A DNA stretch of 63,784 nt, filler included, from Candidatus Omnitrophota bacterium (lineage in GTDB: Bacteria > Omnitrophota > Gorgyraeia > Zapsychrales > Zapsychraceae), in NCBI GenBank assembly GCA_015233495.1. It is 4 parts of 4 records of this genome, joined end to end, with 100 filler letters (N's around TTAATTAATTAA, not from the genome) between each part and the next. Parts side by side here need not be neighbours in the genome. Positions count along the whole stretch, not along the records: positions 1 to 17,284 come from JADFXQ010000039.1; 3 more parts are not named here. One strand, 5' to 3'. The notes beneath the pieces are model-generated. The model had not been told where the DNA came from. It worked only from the letters and a program-made list of their open reading frames with translations, and made no database searches. Of this stretch, positions 1 to 7,697 are shown piece by piece. Each line of letters begins with the position of its first letter. The stretch's first letter is position 1. A program made the position numbers and the translations under genes.

Positions 1-658
1 AAAGGAATCTCTATATTCGTTGATCAGCCGGATAATCGGGAAAATGCGGCAAATATTACTAGATCTGCAAGGGCGAGAACGAGGGATAAGAGATCCATTG
101 GTAGGATTAGATCAAACAGGGAATTTTTTGACAAAACAAAGCGAATATTTTGTGAGGCCAAGTTATGATCTTGTGGATAAATGGGGCAAAACATTGGCGA
201 TTTTTGAAATCAGGTTGATCATTTTGGAAGATGCCATAATGATGGAAGGCTCCGGGAACAATTATTTTGATAGCGCGAAAAAGATTGCCGATAGTTTTAT
301 ACCCCAGTTTCAAGCGTATTCTCGAATGCTAACGGATATTCTGTCTCCTGATTCAATTGATCGATCCGTCGTCTATGAAGGTCGGGAAAAACAGGGCTTG
401 CCGGAAAAGATTTATACCCGATTTTTATTGCCAGTCGTAGATCAGGGACTTCATAGAAGCGCAATCGCCGGGTCGCCGGTCGTTTCCCGAGCGGCAAACG
501 GCGGGGTGGATTTGACGGAGAACGGATTTCAGGTTCAGAGTTCGGCGGGTCCCGGCAGTGCATTCCGTTTTCATCCGGCGGCCATGGCGGACATCCAGGG
601 CTTGACTCCGCGGGTGCTGGGGATCCGGTTATTGAAGCAAACCTTGGCGGATTTTTAA
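1..658 (+). CDS. C-terminal part (5'-truncated by window edge) of a large modular exported protein, paralog of 1404..4451
   Basis: Nucleotides 1-655 align without gaps to 3779-4433. Both copies carry the AGSPV linker, the NGGVDL motif and the IQGLTPRVLG tail. The frame is open from position 2. Confidence 0.9.
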   Translation, partial: KESLYSLISRIIGKMRQILLDLQGRERGIRDPLVGLDQTGNFLTKQSEYFVRPSYDLVDKWGKTLAIFEIRLIILEDAIMMEGSGNNYFDSAKKIADSFIPQFQAYSRMLTDILSPDSIDRSVVYEGREKQGLPEKIYTRFLLPVVDQGLHRSAIAGSPVVSRAANGGVDLTENGFQVQSSAGPGSAFRFHPAAMADIQGLTPRVLGIRLLKQTLADF

Positions 659-686
659 TTGACAAATATGCCAAATATGGTATAGT
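659..686 (+). promoter_or_regulatory. Sigma70-type promoter with overlapping inverted-repeat operator of the TA operon
   Basis: TTGACA (659-664), 16-nt spacer, TGn-TATAGT (681-686). Imperfect inverted repeat TATGCCA-AATA-TGGTATA at 667-684. Confidence 0.7.
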
Positions 687-701
687 TAAATTGGGCCGTT
701 T

Positions 702-1052
702 ATGAAAAGTGTTTATTTTATCGGATCGGCGCGTGAGGATCTGAAGAGTTTTCCGGAAGAAGTCCGCCAGGATATCGGATACGCTTTATATGAAGCGCAA
801 GGCGGCAGGAAATCTTGGGCCGCGAAACCGTTAAGAGGTTTTGGCGGAGCCGGGGTGCTGGAAATCATTGAAGATTATCTTGGGGATACTTATCGGGCTG
901 TTTATACAGTGAGATTTTCCGAGGCCGTTTATGTTTTACATTGTTTTCAAAAGAAATCGAAACGGGGGATAAAAACGGCTTTGCAAGATATTGAATTGAT
1001 TAAACGGCGGTTAAAAGCGGCCGAGGACGATGATCAAGCGAGAATGAGGTAA
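702..1052 (+). CDS. Type II TA toxin, RelE/ParE superfamily (Gp49/DUF891, HigB-like)
   Basis: AKPLRGFGGAGVLEI, TYRAVYTV and VYVLHCFQKKS motifs; toxin-first arrangement with an HTH gene. Confidence 0.9.
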   Translation: MKSVYFIGSAREDLKSFPEEVRQDIGYALYEAQGGRKSWAAKPLRGFGGAGVLEIIEDYLGDTYRAVYTVRFSEAVYVLHCFQKKSKRGIKTALQDIELIKRRLKAAEDDDQARMR

Positions 1053-1055
1053 TCT

Positions 1056-1391
1056 ATGCATTTAAAAGAAAAGATATATTCGAGTTCGGGAAATATTTTT
1101 GCCGATATCGGCGTTGCCCATCCGGAAAGGGTTTTAGCGCGGGCCCAGATTATGTCCCGTATTTCGGGGATCATTAAAGACCGGGGATTGACTCAAAAAG
1201 CCGCGGCGGGGATATTGGGCATACCGCAGTCTAAGGTTTCCTGCCTGATGAACGGCAAATTGAGTATGTTTTCATTGGATATTCTTTTCGAATTCCTGAA
1301 CGCGCTCGACAGAGATGTGGAGATTATCATCAAACCTAAAACCCAAGAAGAACGCGTTGCCACGACCAATGTTTTGATGGCCGTGGCCTGA
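1056..1391 (+). CDS. XRE-family HTH antitoxin (HTH_37/HigA-like)
   Basis: SSGNIFADIG N-terminus and GLTQKAAAGILGIPQSKVSCLMNGK helix-turn-helix; starts 3 nt after the toxin. Confidence 0.9.
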   Translation: MHLKEKIYSSSGNIFADIGVAHPERVLARAQIMSRISGIIKDRGLTQKAAAGILGIPQSKVSCLMNGKLSMFSLDILFEFLNALDRDVEIIIKPKTQEERVATTNVLMAVA

Positions 1392-1403
1392 TGCTCAGGA
1401 AAT

Positions 1404-4400
1404 ATGAACTCGATCGATATAATTTTCAGACGCGGGACTGCCGCGTCAATTTTAGTTTTAGCCCTTTTTTGCGTTCAGGTAATCGCGCCGGAACATTTTG
1501 TTTATGGTCAAGGCGCGGGACGGGCGGGGTTTGTGTTGCCTGCGGCCGGTAGCCGGGTGGAATTGAGCCCGGCGTTTGTCCCGCCTTTGTTGAAAGGGAT
1601 CAAGGTTTACGCCGACAATCCGCTGCGTGTGGATTTTATTTTAGACAGCGGCGACGTAGGGGCGCCCCTCGTGGGCGCCACGACGACCGCGAAGCAATCG
1701 CAAAATTTGGAACAGACTTCTCACCTTCTCATCAAATATTTCCTCGCCGCGCTTACGGTCCCGGAAAAAGACCTTTGGGTGAATCTTTCGCCCTATGAAA
1801 AAAATCGCGTGATTCCCGAAGCCTTTGGCGTGACCGACCTGGGCCGCGACATTTTAGCGCTGGATTATTTGTTGAAACAATTGACCGCGTCGCTGTTGGA
1901 CCCGGCCACCCCGACCGGGAAGGAATTTTGGGACAAAGTTTACGCCGAGGCGCAAAAGCGTTACGGCACAACGGACATTCCGGTTGATACGTTCAATAAA
2001 GTGTGGATTGTGCCGGCAAAGTCGGTGGTTTACGAAAATTCCGCTCCGAGAGTTGGTGAGGCGACGGCGTTCATTGTGGAAAGCCAGTTGAAGGTTATGC
2101 TGGAACAAGATTATAACGCTCAACGCGCGGTGGTATCCAACGGCAATGATGTAGGGGCGCCCCTGGTGGGCGCCCGTTATTGTGGCGCAGTCCCCACAAC
2201 GGGCGCCCACGAGGGGCGCCCCTACACGCGAGGCGAAACATCAGTCGCACCAGCCCGCAGGATGGACAATGCTATTGCCACTCGGATTACTCGCGAAGTC
2301 GTTATCCCCGCAATTGAAAAAGAAGTGAATGAAGGCCGGAATTTCGCGCCGCTGCGTCAAGCGGTCCATTCCTTTATCCTGGCCGCTTGGTACAAACGCA
2401 AACTCAAAGACAGCATCTTAGGCCAGTCTTACGTCGACCAACGTAAAACCCCAGGTATCGAAATCCCGGACAAGACCGACAAAGACAAAATTTACCGGCA
2501 ATATATAGAAGCCTTTAAACAGGGTGTGGCCAACAGCATCAAAGAAGAATATGACCCCGTGACGGAGGAGACCGTGACCCGGAAATATTTTTCCGGCGGA
2601 GTCGCGCTTTCTTCGTCGCCGATCTTTTATTCCTCCGGCCGGATTTTCCCCGCGGCCAACGGAAAATATTTTCAAGTTCAAGCCGAGTTCGGCCTGCCGC
2701 CGAAAACTTCATCCTCGCCGGCCGCGATGTCTGCCGAGGAAGTTTTTCAAATAGTGACCAGTCCCAAATCATCTCCTCACCAGATGGGAGTGGCTTTAGC
2801 CGGTCTGGTGCGTGATCGGCCAGATGTCAGGAAACGTCTTGACGCTATCCGGAGAAATCTTTCGGATTTTCACGTCAACATGATGTATCATATTTCGATA
2901 AATAATACTCCGGTTATGACGATCGAATTAGGTCAAGAGGTCATTTTTTCCATAATGGGTAAGACAGAAATTTATCCATTTCGCGATTTTGATCCGGAAA
3001 ATGACGACAAAGTAACGTTAGCGGAATTTTTTAATTTGAAATTAACCGGGTGGCATGGTGAAACGATCCTGATGCGGGAATTGTTGAGAACTAAAAACTT
3101 GTTAAGATTTTTTGAGAACGGTTTGCCTTTGGAATCCTCCGGACATTTGTCATTTGATGCGACGGGAGATGTAACGGTTTTGGAAGATCACCAGGGAGAC
3201 ATTGTATGGTCCGCTCAAATCGATTTGGATGAACGCGGAGGATTGCGTTCATCTACAATTGGTCCGCGTTTTAATGCGGCGTCTATTTTCGAAGATCAAA
3301 AAGCATCAGAAATTCTCAGTTTCCATTTCCATTCCCATAAAGATTTGAGACCTTCATGGCTGGATATGGAATTCATGGTCAGGCAAAACAGGCCGGAGTT
3401 AATTATTGATTCCGACGGAAAAGGAACGATATGGCTGATTAAGGATATAGATCAAGCGCGGCAAATGGTTGCCGGTGGGAACTGGGATTGGATAAAAAAA
3501 TATGGCGATGATGCCATATTAGACGGAATTGTGGAAAAGTGTTTTAGTTCGTTTGAAATCGATTTAAACGATGCCGGGCCTTCCGCCGCGGCCTCGCCGC
3601 TAACCGTGGAACAGGCTGATTCGGTTCGACAGACACTGCAGGTGTTACAGGAAGAAGCGCGGACGATGCAAGCTGAAATCGCTTTAGCAGGAATGGAAGG
3701 CTTGAAAGAGGAATTGTTAACATGGGTGGAGCGCAATCGGGATAAGGATGATCAATGGTGGGTTGAACATCCGGAAGAAAAGGAATCTCTATATTCGTTG
3801 ATCAGCCGGATAATCGGGAAAATGCGGCAAATATTATTTGATCTGAAAAGGCGAGAAAGAGCGATAAGCGCTCTATCGGTAGAATTCGATCAAACAGGGA
3901 ATTTATTGACAAAACAAAGCGAAAATTTTTGGGGGCCAAGTTATGATCTTGTGGATAAATGGGTCAAGACATTGGTAATTTTGGAAATGGGGTCGGACAA
4001 TTTAAAAGATCGCATAATGATGGAAGGCGCCGGGGAAAATTATTTTGATAACGCGAAAAAGATTGCCGATTATTTTATAATTCGGTTTCCAGCGTATTCT
4101 CGAATGCTAACGGATATTCTGGCTCCCGATTCCATTGATCGATCCGTAGTCTATGAAGGCGGGGAAAAACTGGGCTTGCCGGAAAAGATTTATACCCGAT
4201 TTTTATTGCCAGTCGTAGATCAGGGGCTTCATAGAAGTGCGATCGCCGGGTCGCCGGTAGCTGATGCAAAAGCAAACGGTGGGGTTGATCTGACGAAAGA
4301 CGGGTTTCAGATCAAGGGCGCGGTTGGACCCGGCGGTGCATTCCGTTTTCATCCGGCGGCCAGGGTGGACATCCAGGGCCTGACTCCGCGGGTGCTGGGT

Positions 4401-4451
4401 GTCCGGTTATTAAAGGAAACCCTGACGGAATTTTTAGGCGCTGGCCGATAG
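1404..4451 (+). CDS. Large exported modular protein (1015 aa): signal peptide, conserved N-terminal domain, JAB/MPN-like cargo, helical cargo, GGVD tail
   Basis: Hydrophobic N-terminus. The N-domain aligns with 35143..37974 (D.GD, WVNL.P, TD.G, YGT.D, WIVP, LKVMLEQDY, LRQ, Y.SGG). HFH-x7-S-x2-D motif at 3324-3365. C-terminus duplicated at 1-658. Confidence 0.85.
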   Translation: MNSIDIIFRRGTAASILVLALFCVQVIAPEHFVYGQGAGRAGFVLPAAGSRVELSPAFVPPLLKGIKVYADNPLRVDFILDSGDVGAPLVGATTTAKQSQNLEQTSHLLIKYFLAALTVPEKDLWVNLSPYEKNRVIPEAFGVTDLGRDILALDYLLKQLTASLLDPATPTGKEFWDKVYAEAQKRYGTTDIPVDTFNKVWIVPAKSVVYENSAPRVGEATAFIVESQLKVMLEQDYNAQRAVVSNGNDVGAPLVGARYCGAVPTTGAHEGRPYTRGETSVAPARRMDNAIATRITREVVIPAIEKEVNEGRNFAPLRQAVHSFILAAWYKRKLKDSILGQSYVDQRKTPGIEIPDKTDKDKIYRQYIEAFKQGVANSIKEEYDPVTEETVTRKYFSGGVALSSSPIFYSSGRIFPAANGKYFQVQAEFGLPPKTSSSPAAMSAEEVFQIVTSPKSSPHQMGVALAGLVRDRPDVRKRLDAIRRNLSDFHVNMMYHISINNTPVMTIELGQEVIFSIMGKTEIYPFRDFDPENDDKVTLAEFFNLKLTGWHGETILMRELLRTKNLLRFFENGLPLESSGHLSFDATGDVTVLEDHQGDIVWSAQIDLDERGGLRSSTIGPRFNAASIFEDQKASEILSFHFHSHKDLRPSWLDMEFMVRQNRPELIIDSDGKGTIWLIKDIDQARQMVAGGNWDWIKKYGDDAILDGIVEKCFSSFEIDLNDAGPSAAASPLTVEQADSVRQTLQVLQEEARTMQAEIALAGMEGLKEELLTWVERNRDKDDQWWVEHPEEKESLYSLISRIIGKMRQILFDLKRRERAISALSVEFDQTGNLLTKQSENFWGPSYDLVDKWVKTLVILEMGSDNLKDRIMMEGAGENYFDNAKKIADYFIIRFPAYSRMLTDILAPDSIDRSVVYEGGEKLGLPEKIYTRFLLPVVDQGLHRSAIAGSPVADAKANGGVDLTKDGFQIKGAVGPGGAFRFHPAARVDIQGLTPRVLGVRLLKETLTEFLGAGR
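1656..1679. repeat. GTAG-type REP half element, in-frame inside a CDS
   Basis: GTAGGGGCGCCCCTCGTGGGCGCC matches the arms at 2151 and 39466; it encodes VGAPLVGA. Confidence 0.85.
2151..2225. repeat. Complete REP doublet (REPIN-like), 75 bp, in-frame inside a CDS
   Basis: GTAGGGGCGCCCCTGGTGGGCGCCCG...CGGGCGCCCACGAGGGGCGCCCCTAC inverted arms; encodes VGAPLVGARYCGAVPTTGAHEGRPY. Confidence 0.9.
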
Positions 4452-4647
4452 CTGGGAAGGAAAGACAATATTGGTTGCGGTCGGTTTCAAACGAAATAAT
4501 TTAGGCCTGAAGATTTAAGGTCTTAACAAAAGAAAATGTGTTGAGTCTTATTCCGCCGCAATAAAACCAATTCGGATCGCTGCGTAGCGCAACGTGATCA
4601 CTGTTGATGGCCTGGCAAGCAAAGTAGTCCGATTCAAGCCGCAGGAT

Positions 4648-5049
4648 TTATTTTGTTTCCAGGGAGAAAATTTTTTTGGGATAATCTATTGTCAGCACGA
4701 AGTTGCTGAGGAAGTTTCGCGTGCCTAATAGCGGGATTGACAAATTGGGCATGAAGTCTATAAGGGTTTCTTGAATCACGAAATCGTTTATTCTCAATTG
4801 ATTCGTGTGAGCATAAGCCGTCGTGACGCCGTTTCCGGTGCGGATTTCCTTGCTCTTGCCTGTCTGGAGATTGTGGCCGAGAATGTTGGCATAACCCGCC
4901 GGTAAAGCGCATTCGTCCGCTCCCGTGTCGATGAGACCTAAAACAGTAATCTCTTTTTGGGCGTGAGGATTGAAAATCGCGACTTGTAACCAGGGGCGGG
5001 CAATATCGGACGGGGACAGTTTGGTGAATGGAATATTCACAAGTTTCAT
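4648..5049 (-). CDS. Retropepsin-like (clan AA) aspartic protease
   Basis: LGLIDTGADEC catalytic DTG motif and C-terminal PLLG...FL motif; 133 aa. Confidence 0.85.
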   Translation of the reverse strand: MKLVNIPFTKLSPSDIARPWLQVAIFNPHAQKEITVLGLIDTGADECALPAGYANILGHNLQTGKSKEIRTGNGVTTAYAHTNQLRINDFVIQETLIDFMPNLSIPLLGTRNFLSNFVLTIDYPKKIFSLETK

Positions 5050-5237
5050 TAGTAGATTTGAACCATCCCTTCAGCCGGGACATAGAGAAGCAAGGGGTTC
5101 TTTGTCCCTAAATGAACGGCCGCGTTGTACACGTCTTCCGCGTTGTCCCCATCCGCGAGAGGTATCGGATGATTCAAATCCCGGAGCGCGACATATTTTC
5201 CTTCAAATTTTTTTTCTTTAATGAGTATCTGTTTCAT
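5049..5237 (-). CDS. Small DUF5678-like protein, coupled to the aspartic protease
   Basis: KKFEGKYVAL...GDNAEDVYNAA...NPLLLYVP pattern; stop overlaps the protease start (TAATG). Start chosen at ATG 5237; the ORF track extends to 5288. Confidence 0.7.
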   Translation of the reverse strand: MKQILIKEKKFEGKYVALRDLNHPIPLADGDNAEDVYNAAVHLGTKNPLLLYVPAEGMVQIY

Positions 5238-5393
5238 TTCTACAATATTACCATTTCTTTTGTCATGTTTCCAACTATTTTTTAGCATGAAAATACTCTT
5301 TCACCGCCTTTCGTTCCTTTCCCCACAAAAACTCCGTTGGATTGATCGTGTTTGCCTATCATTATGATATATTTTTGATAGGAGAATACTAAT

Positions 5394-5627
5394 ATGGCAA
5401 TTACAATGTCAAAAGAGTTATTGATCAGGATTCCTCAACCGCTCTATGAACGGGTGAAAGAGGCTTCCGATCACGAATACAAATCCATGTCCGCGTTTAT
5501 CCGGGAACTTTTAAAGGAAAAGTTGGACGAAAGGCTTTCCTTGGATGATTGGGAGGATATTCGCGGTGCCCGCCAAGAATTTAAAAAAGGCAAAACCGTT
5601 TCCTGGAGAACGATCAAACGTGACTAA
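5394..5627 (+). CDS. Ribbon-helix-helix (CopG-like) antitoxin-type protein, orphan
   Basis: LLIRIPQPLYERV...SMSAFIRELL RHH pattern; acidic tail ending KGKTVSW; AGGAG RBS. Confidence 0.7.
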   Translation: MAITMSKELLIRIPQPLYERVKEASDHEYKSMSAFIRELLKEKLDERLSLDDWEDIRGARQEFKKGKTVSWRTIKRD

Positions 5628-5732
5628 AAATATCTTTCCCCGCCTTGCCACTGGTTATTTTAAATGTTATCATTATACAAGTCGATTTTGGAGCGTTTTT
5701 TCCGCTTTTCACTATTCTAGGGAGGTGGGTTT

Positions 5733-6203
5733 ATGCGGCCGAATTGGGATCTTTATTTTTTGAAATTAGCTATGTTGGCTTCGGAACGCGCGACTTGTCC
5801 GCGAATGCATTGCGGGTGCGTGCTGGTCAAGGACAAAAACGTGATCGCGACCGGGTACAACGGGTCGATTCCCGGCGATGAGCATTGCGAGGACGTGGGG
5901 TGCATGGTGGTGGACAATCACTGCATTCGCACGAACCACGCGGAGGTGAACGCGCTCATGCAGGCGGCGAAACACGGGAATTCTGTGGATGGAGCTACCG
6001 CTTATATTACGAATATGTCCTGTACGACCTGTGCCAAGGCCTTGATTGCCGCCGGGATCAAGCGGGTGGTGGTGTTTTCCGAGTATCATGACACCATGGC
6101 CGCGGACTTTTTCGGAAAAGCGAAAGTCCAGGTTGAAAAAGTTCCGATGCCGCCTACGGAAATCAATTATCAGATTGAATTGTATTCTTCGGCGAAAAAA
6201 TAA
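5733..6203 (+). CDS. dCMP deaminase (ComEB-like)
   Basis: ATGYNG, HAEVNA and SCTTC zinc motifs; GGAGG RBS. Confidence 0.9.
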   Translation: MRPNWDLYFLKLAMLASERATCPRMHCGCVLVKDKNVIATGYNGSIPGDEHCEDVGCMVVDNHCIRTNHAEVNALMQAAKHGNSVDGATAYITNMSCTTCAKALIAAGIKRVVVFSEYHDTMAADFFGKAKVQVEKVPMPPTEINYQIELYSSAKK

Positions 6204-6301
6204 TGGTGTTATGGATAAGACAATTCCTGTTGGCTGATTCGGGCGGCAGGAATTTTTTTATTCTGGGGAAATTTCCCGCAAATTTCCTGTATCGCGATTG
6301 T

Positions 6302-6433
6302 TTAAAGGCGCGCGGGCCGGCGGGGAGAAGGTTCCGGGCTCAAACAGACGCTCGGCCTTTTTCTAAAAAATAAGGAAAGGCATCGCTAAACTCGCGCGGA
6401 GCCTTTTCCCCGCAGGCTTGGGGCGCACGGTTT
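6302..6433 (+). repeat. 132-nt structured dispersed element, copy A (candidate ncRNA motif)
   Basis: Aligns without gaps to the reverse complement of 40804-40935. Long stem with compensatory substitutions between copies. Confidence 0.85.
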
Positions 6434-6482
6434 GGCTGTCGATGGGCCGTGTAGATTCGAGTTTATTCGGAATAGGGGGATT

Positions 6483-7697
6483 ATGACATTCTTAAAAGTT
6501 CACGGAACGAAGATTGTTCGCGGGGCGCAGACTGTGACACTCAAGGGCGTCAACCTGGGCGGGTGGCTGATGATGGAGGGCTATATTTTACACGCGCCCA
6601 ACCGGGCGGAGCAGTTGTTTAAACGGCATTTTCGCCGGGTGTTGGGAGAAGCGGCTTTGGCGGAATTTGAAAAGAAGTTTCGGGAGAATTTTATCCGGGA
6701 AGACGATATCCGCCGGATCGCGGAGTGCGGGTTCAACTGTTTGCGGGTGCCCTTTAATTATCGTTTGCTCGAAACTAAACCGTATCAATACAGCGAAGCC
6801 GGAGCCGCGTATTTGGATAAGGTCATTCGTTGGGGAAAAAAATATCAAGTCTGGACGATTCTCGATTTGCACGCCGCGCCGGGCAGTCAGAATCACGATT
6901 GGCATTCCGACAGCTTAGGCAAGCCGGAATTGTGGTTAAAAGAAGCGAATCAGCGCCGGACTTACGCCTTGTGGGAATTCATCGCCCACCGTTATCGGAA
7001 TGAAGAATGGGTTGCCGGATATAATATTTTGAACGAGCCGGTCATGGATAATGTCCCTTTATTGAACCGTTTTTATGCCGAATTGATTCAGCGGATCCGT
7101 AAGGCAGACCGGAATCACATCATTTTTGTCGAAGGAAACATTTGGTCGACAAATATTGCTTGCTTAGCAGAGTATAATGACGATAATTACGCGTTGAGTA
7201 TTCACAGTTATGAACCGCTCAAATTCACATTTAATTTTGAGCCGCACTTGAAATATCCGGCGGACGAAGGACATCACCGGGCGGACAAACATTTATTGCG
7301 CCGGCATTTGGAGCAATACGCCAAAATCGGCCGGGAACGCCGGCGGCCGATATATCTTGGCGAGTTTGGGGTGAACGGCCGCGCCGGATTATGGGGTGAG
7401 CATCAGTGGTTAGACGATAAATTGACTTTGTGCGCGGAATTCGGATTTCATTGGACGTATTGGACGTATAAGGCGGTAAAAAACGACAGTTTTCCCGACG
7501 GAATATGGAGTTATATGCCGAACCAGCCGTGGGTGCGGCGGGAAGGGCCGCTGAAAGGGTGGGAAACCTACACCACGGTTTGGGAAAAACATAAGCGGGA
7601 TATGATTGCCTCTTGGCGCACCGAAAATTTTCAAGTCAATGAGCCGGTGTTAAAGATATTACAAAAACATGCCCGAAAAAATCACCAGCCTGCATAA
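6483..7697 (+). CDS. Glycoside hydrolase family 5 (cellulase/exo-glucanase-like), no signal peptide
   Basis: GVNLGGWLMMEG, LDLHAAPGSQN, NEP acid/base and GEFG nucleophile motifs. Start after AGGGGG RBS at 6483. Confidence 0.92.
   Translation: MTFLKVHGTKIVRGAQTVTLKGVNLGGWLMMEGYILHAPNRAEQLFKRHFRRVLGEAALAEFEKKFRENFIREDDIRRIAECGFNCLRVPFNYRLLETKPYQYSEAGAAYLDKVIRWGKKYQVWTILDLHAAPGSQNHDWHSDSLGKPELWLKEANQRRTYALWEFIAHRYRNEEWVAGYNILNEPVMDNVPLLNRFYAELIQRIRKADRNHIIFVEGNIWSTNIACLAEYNDDNYALSIHSYEPLKFTFNFEPHLKYPADEGHHRADKHLLRRHLEQYAKIGRERRRPIYLGEFGVNGRAGLWGEHQWLDDKLTLCAEFGFHWTYWTYKAVKNDSFPDGIWSYMPNQPWVRREGPLKGWETYTTVWEKHKRDMIASWRTENFQVNEPVLKILQKHARKNHQPA

Noticed and set aside
1..4433. Duplicated segment as a diversity-generating retroelement TR/VR pair
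   Set aside because: Differences are not adenine-specific (C/T, G/C and T/C changes occur), both copies are coding and ~650 bp long, and no reverse transcriptase is in the window.
4452..4640. Integron attC site after the modular gene (TCTTAAC...GTTGAGT)
   Set aside because: The spacing is far too short for attC, there are no L boxes, the motif is not repeated after other array genes, and no integrase is seen.
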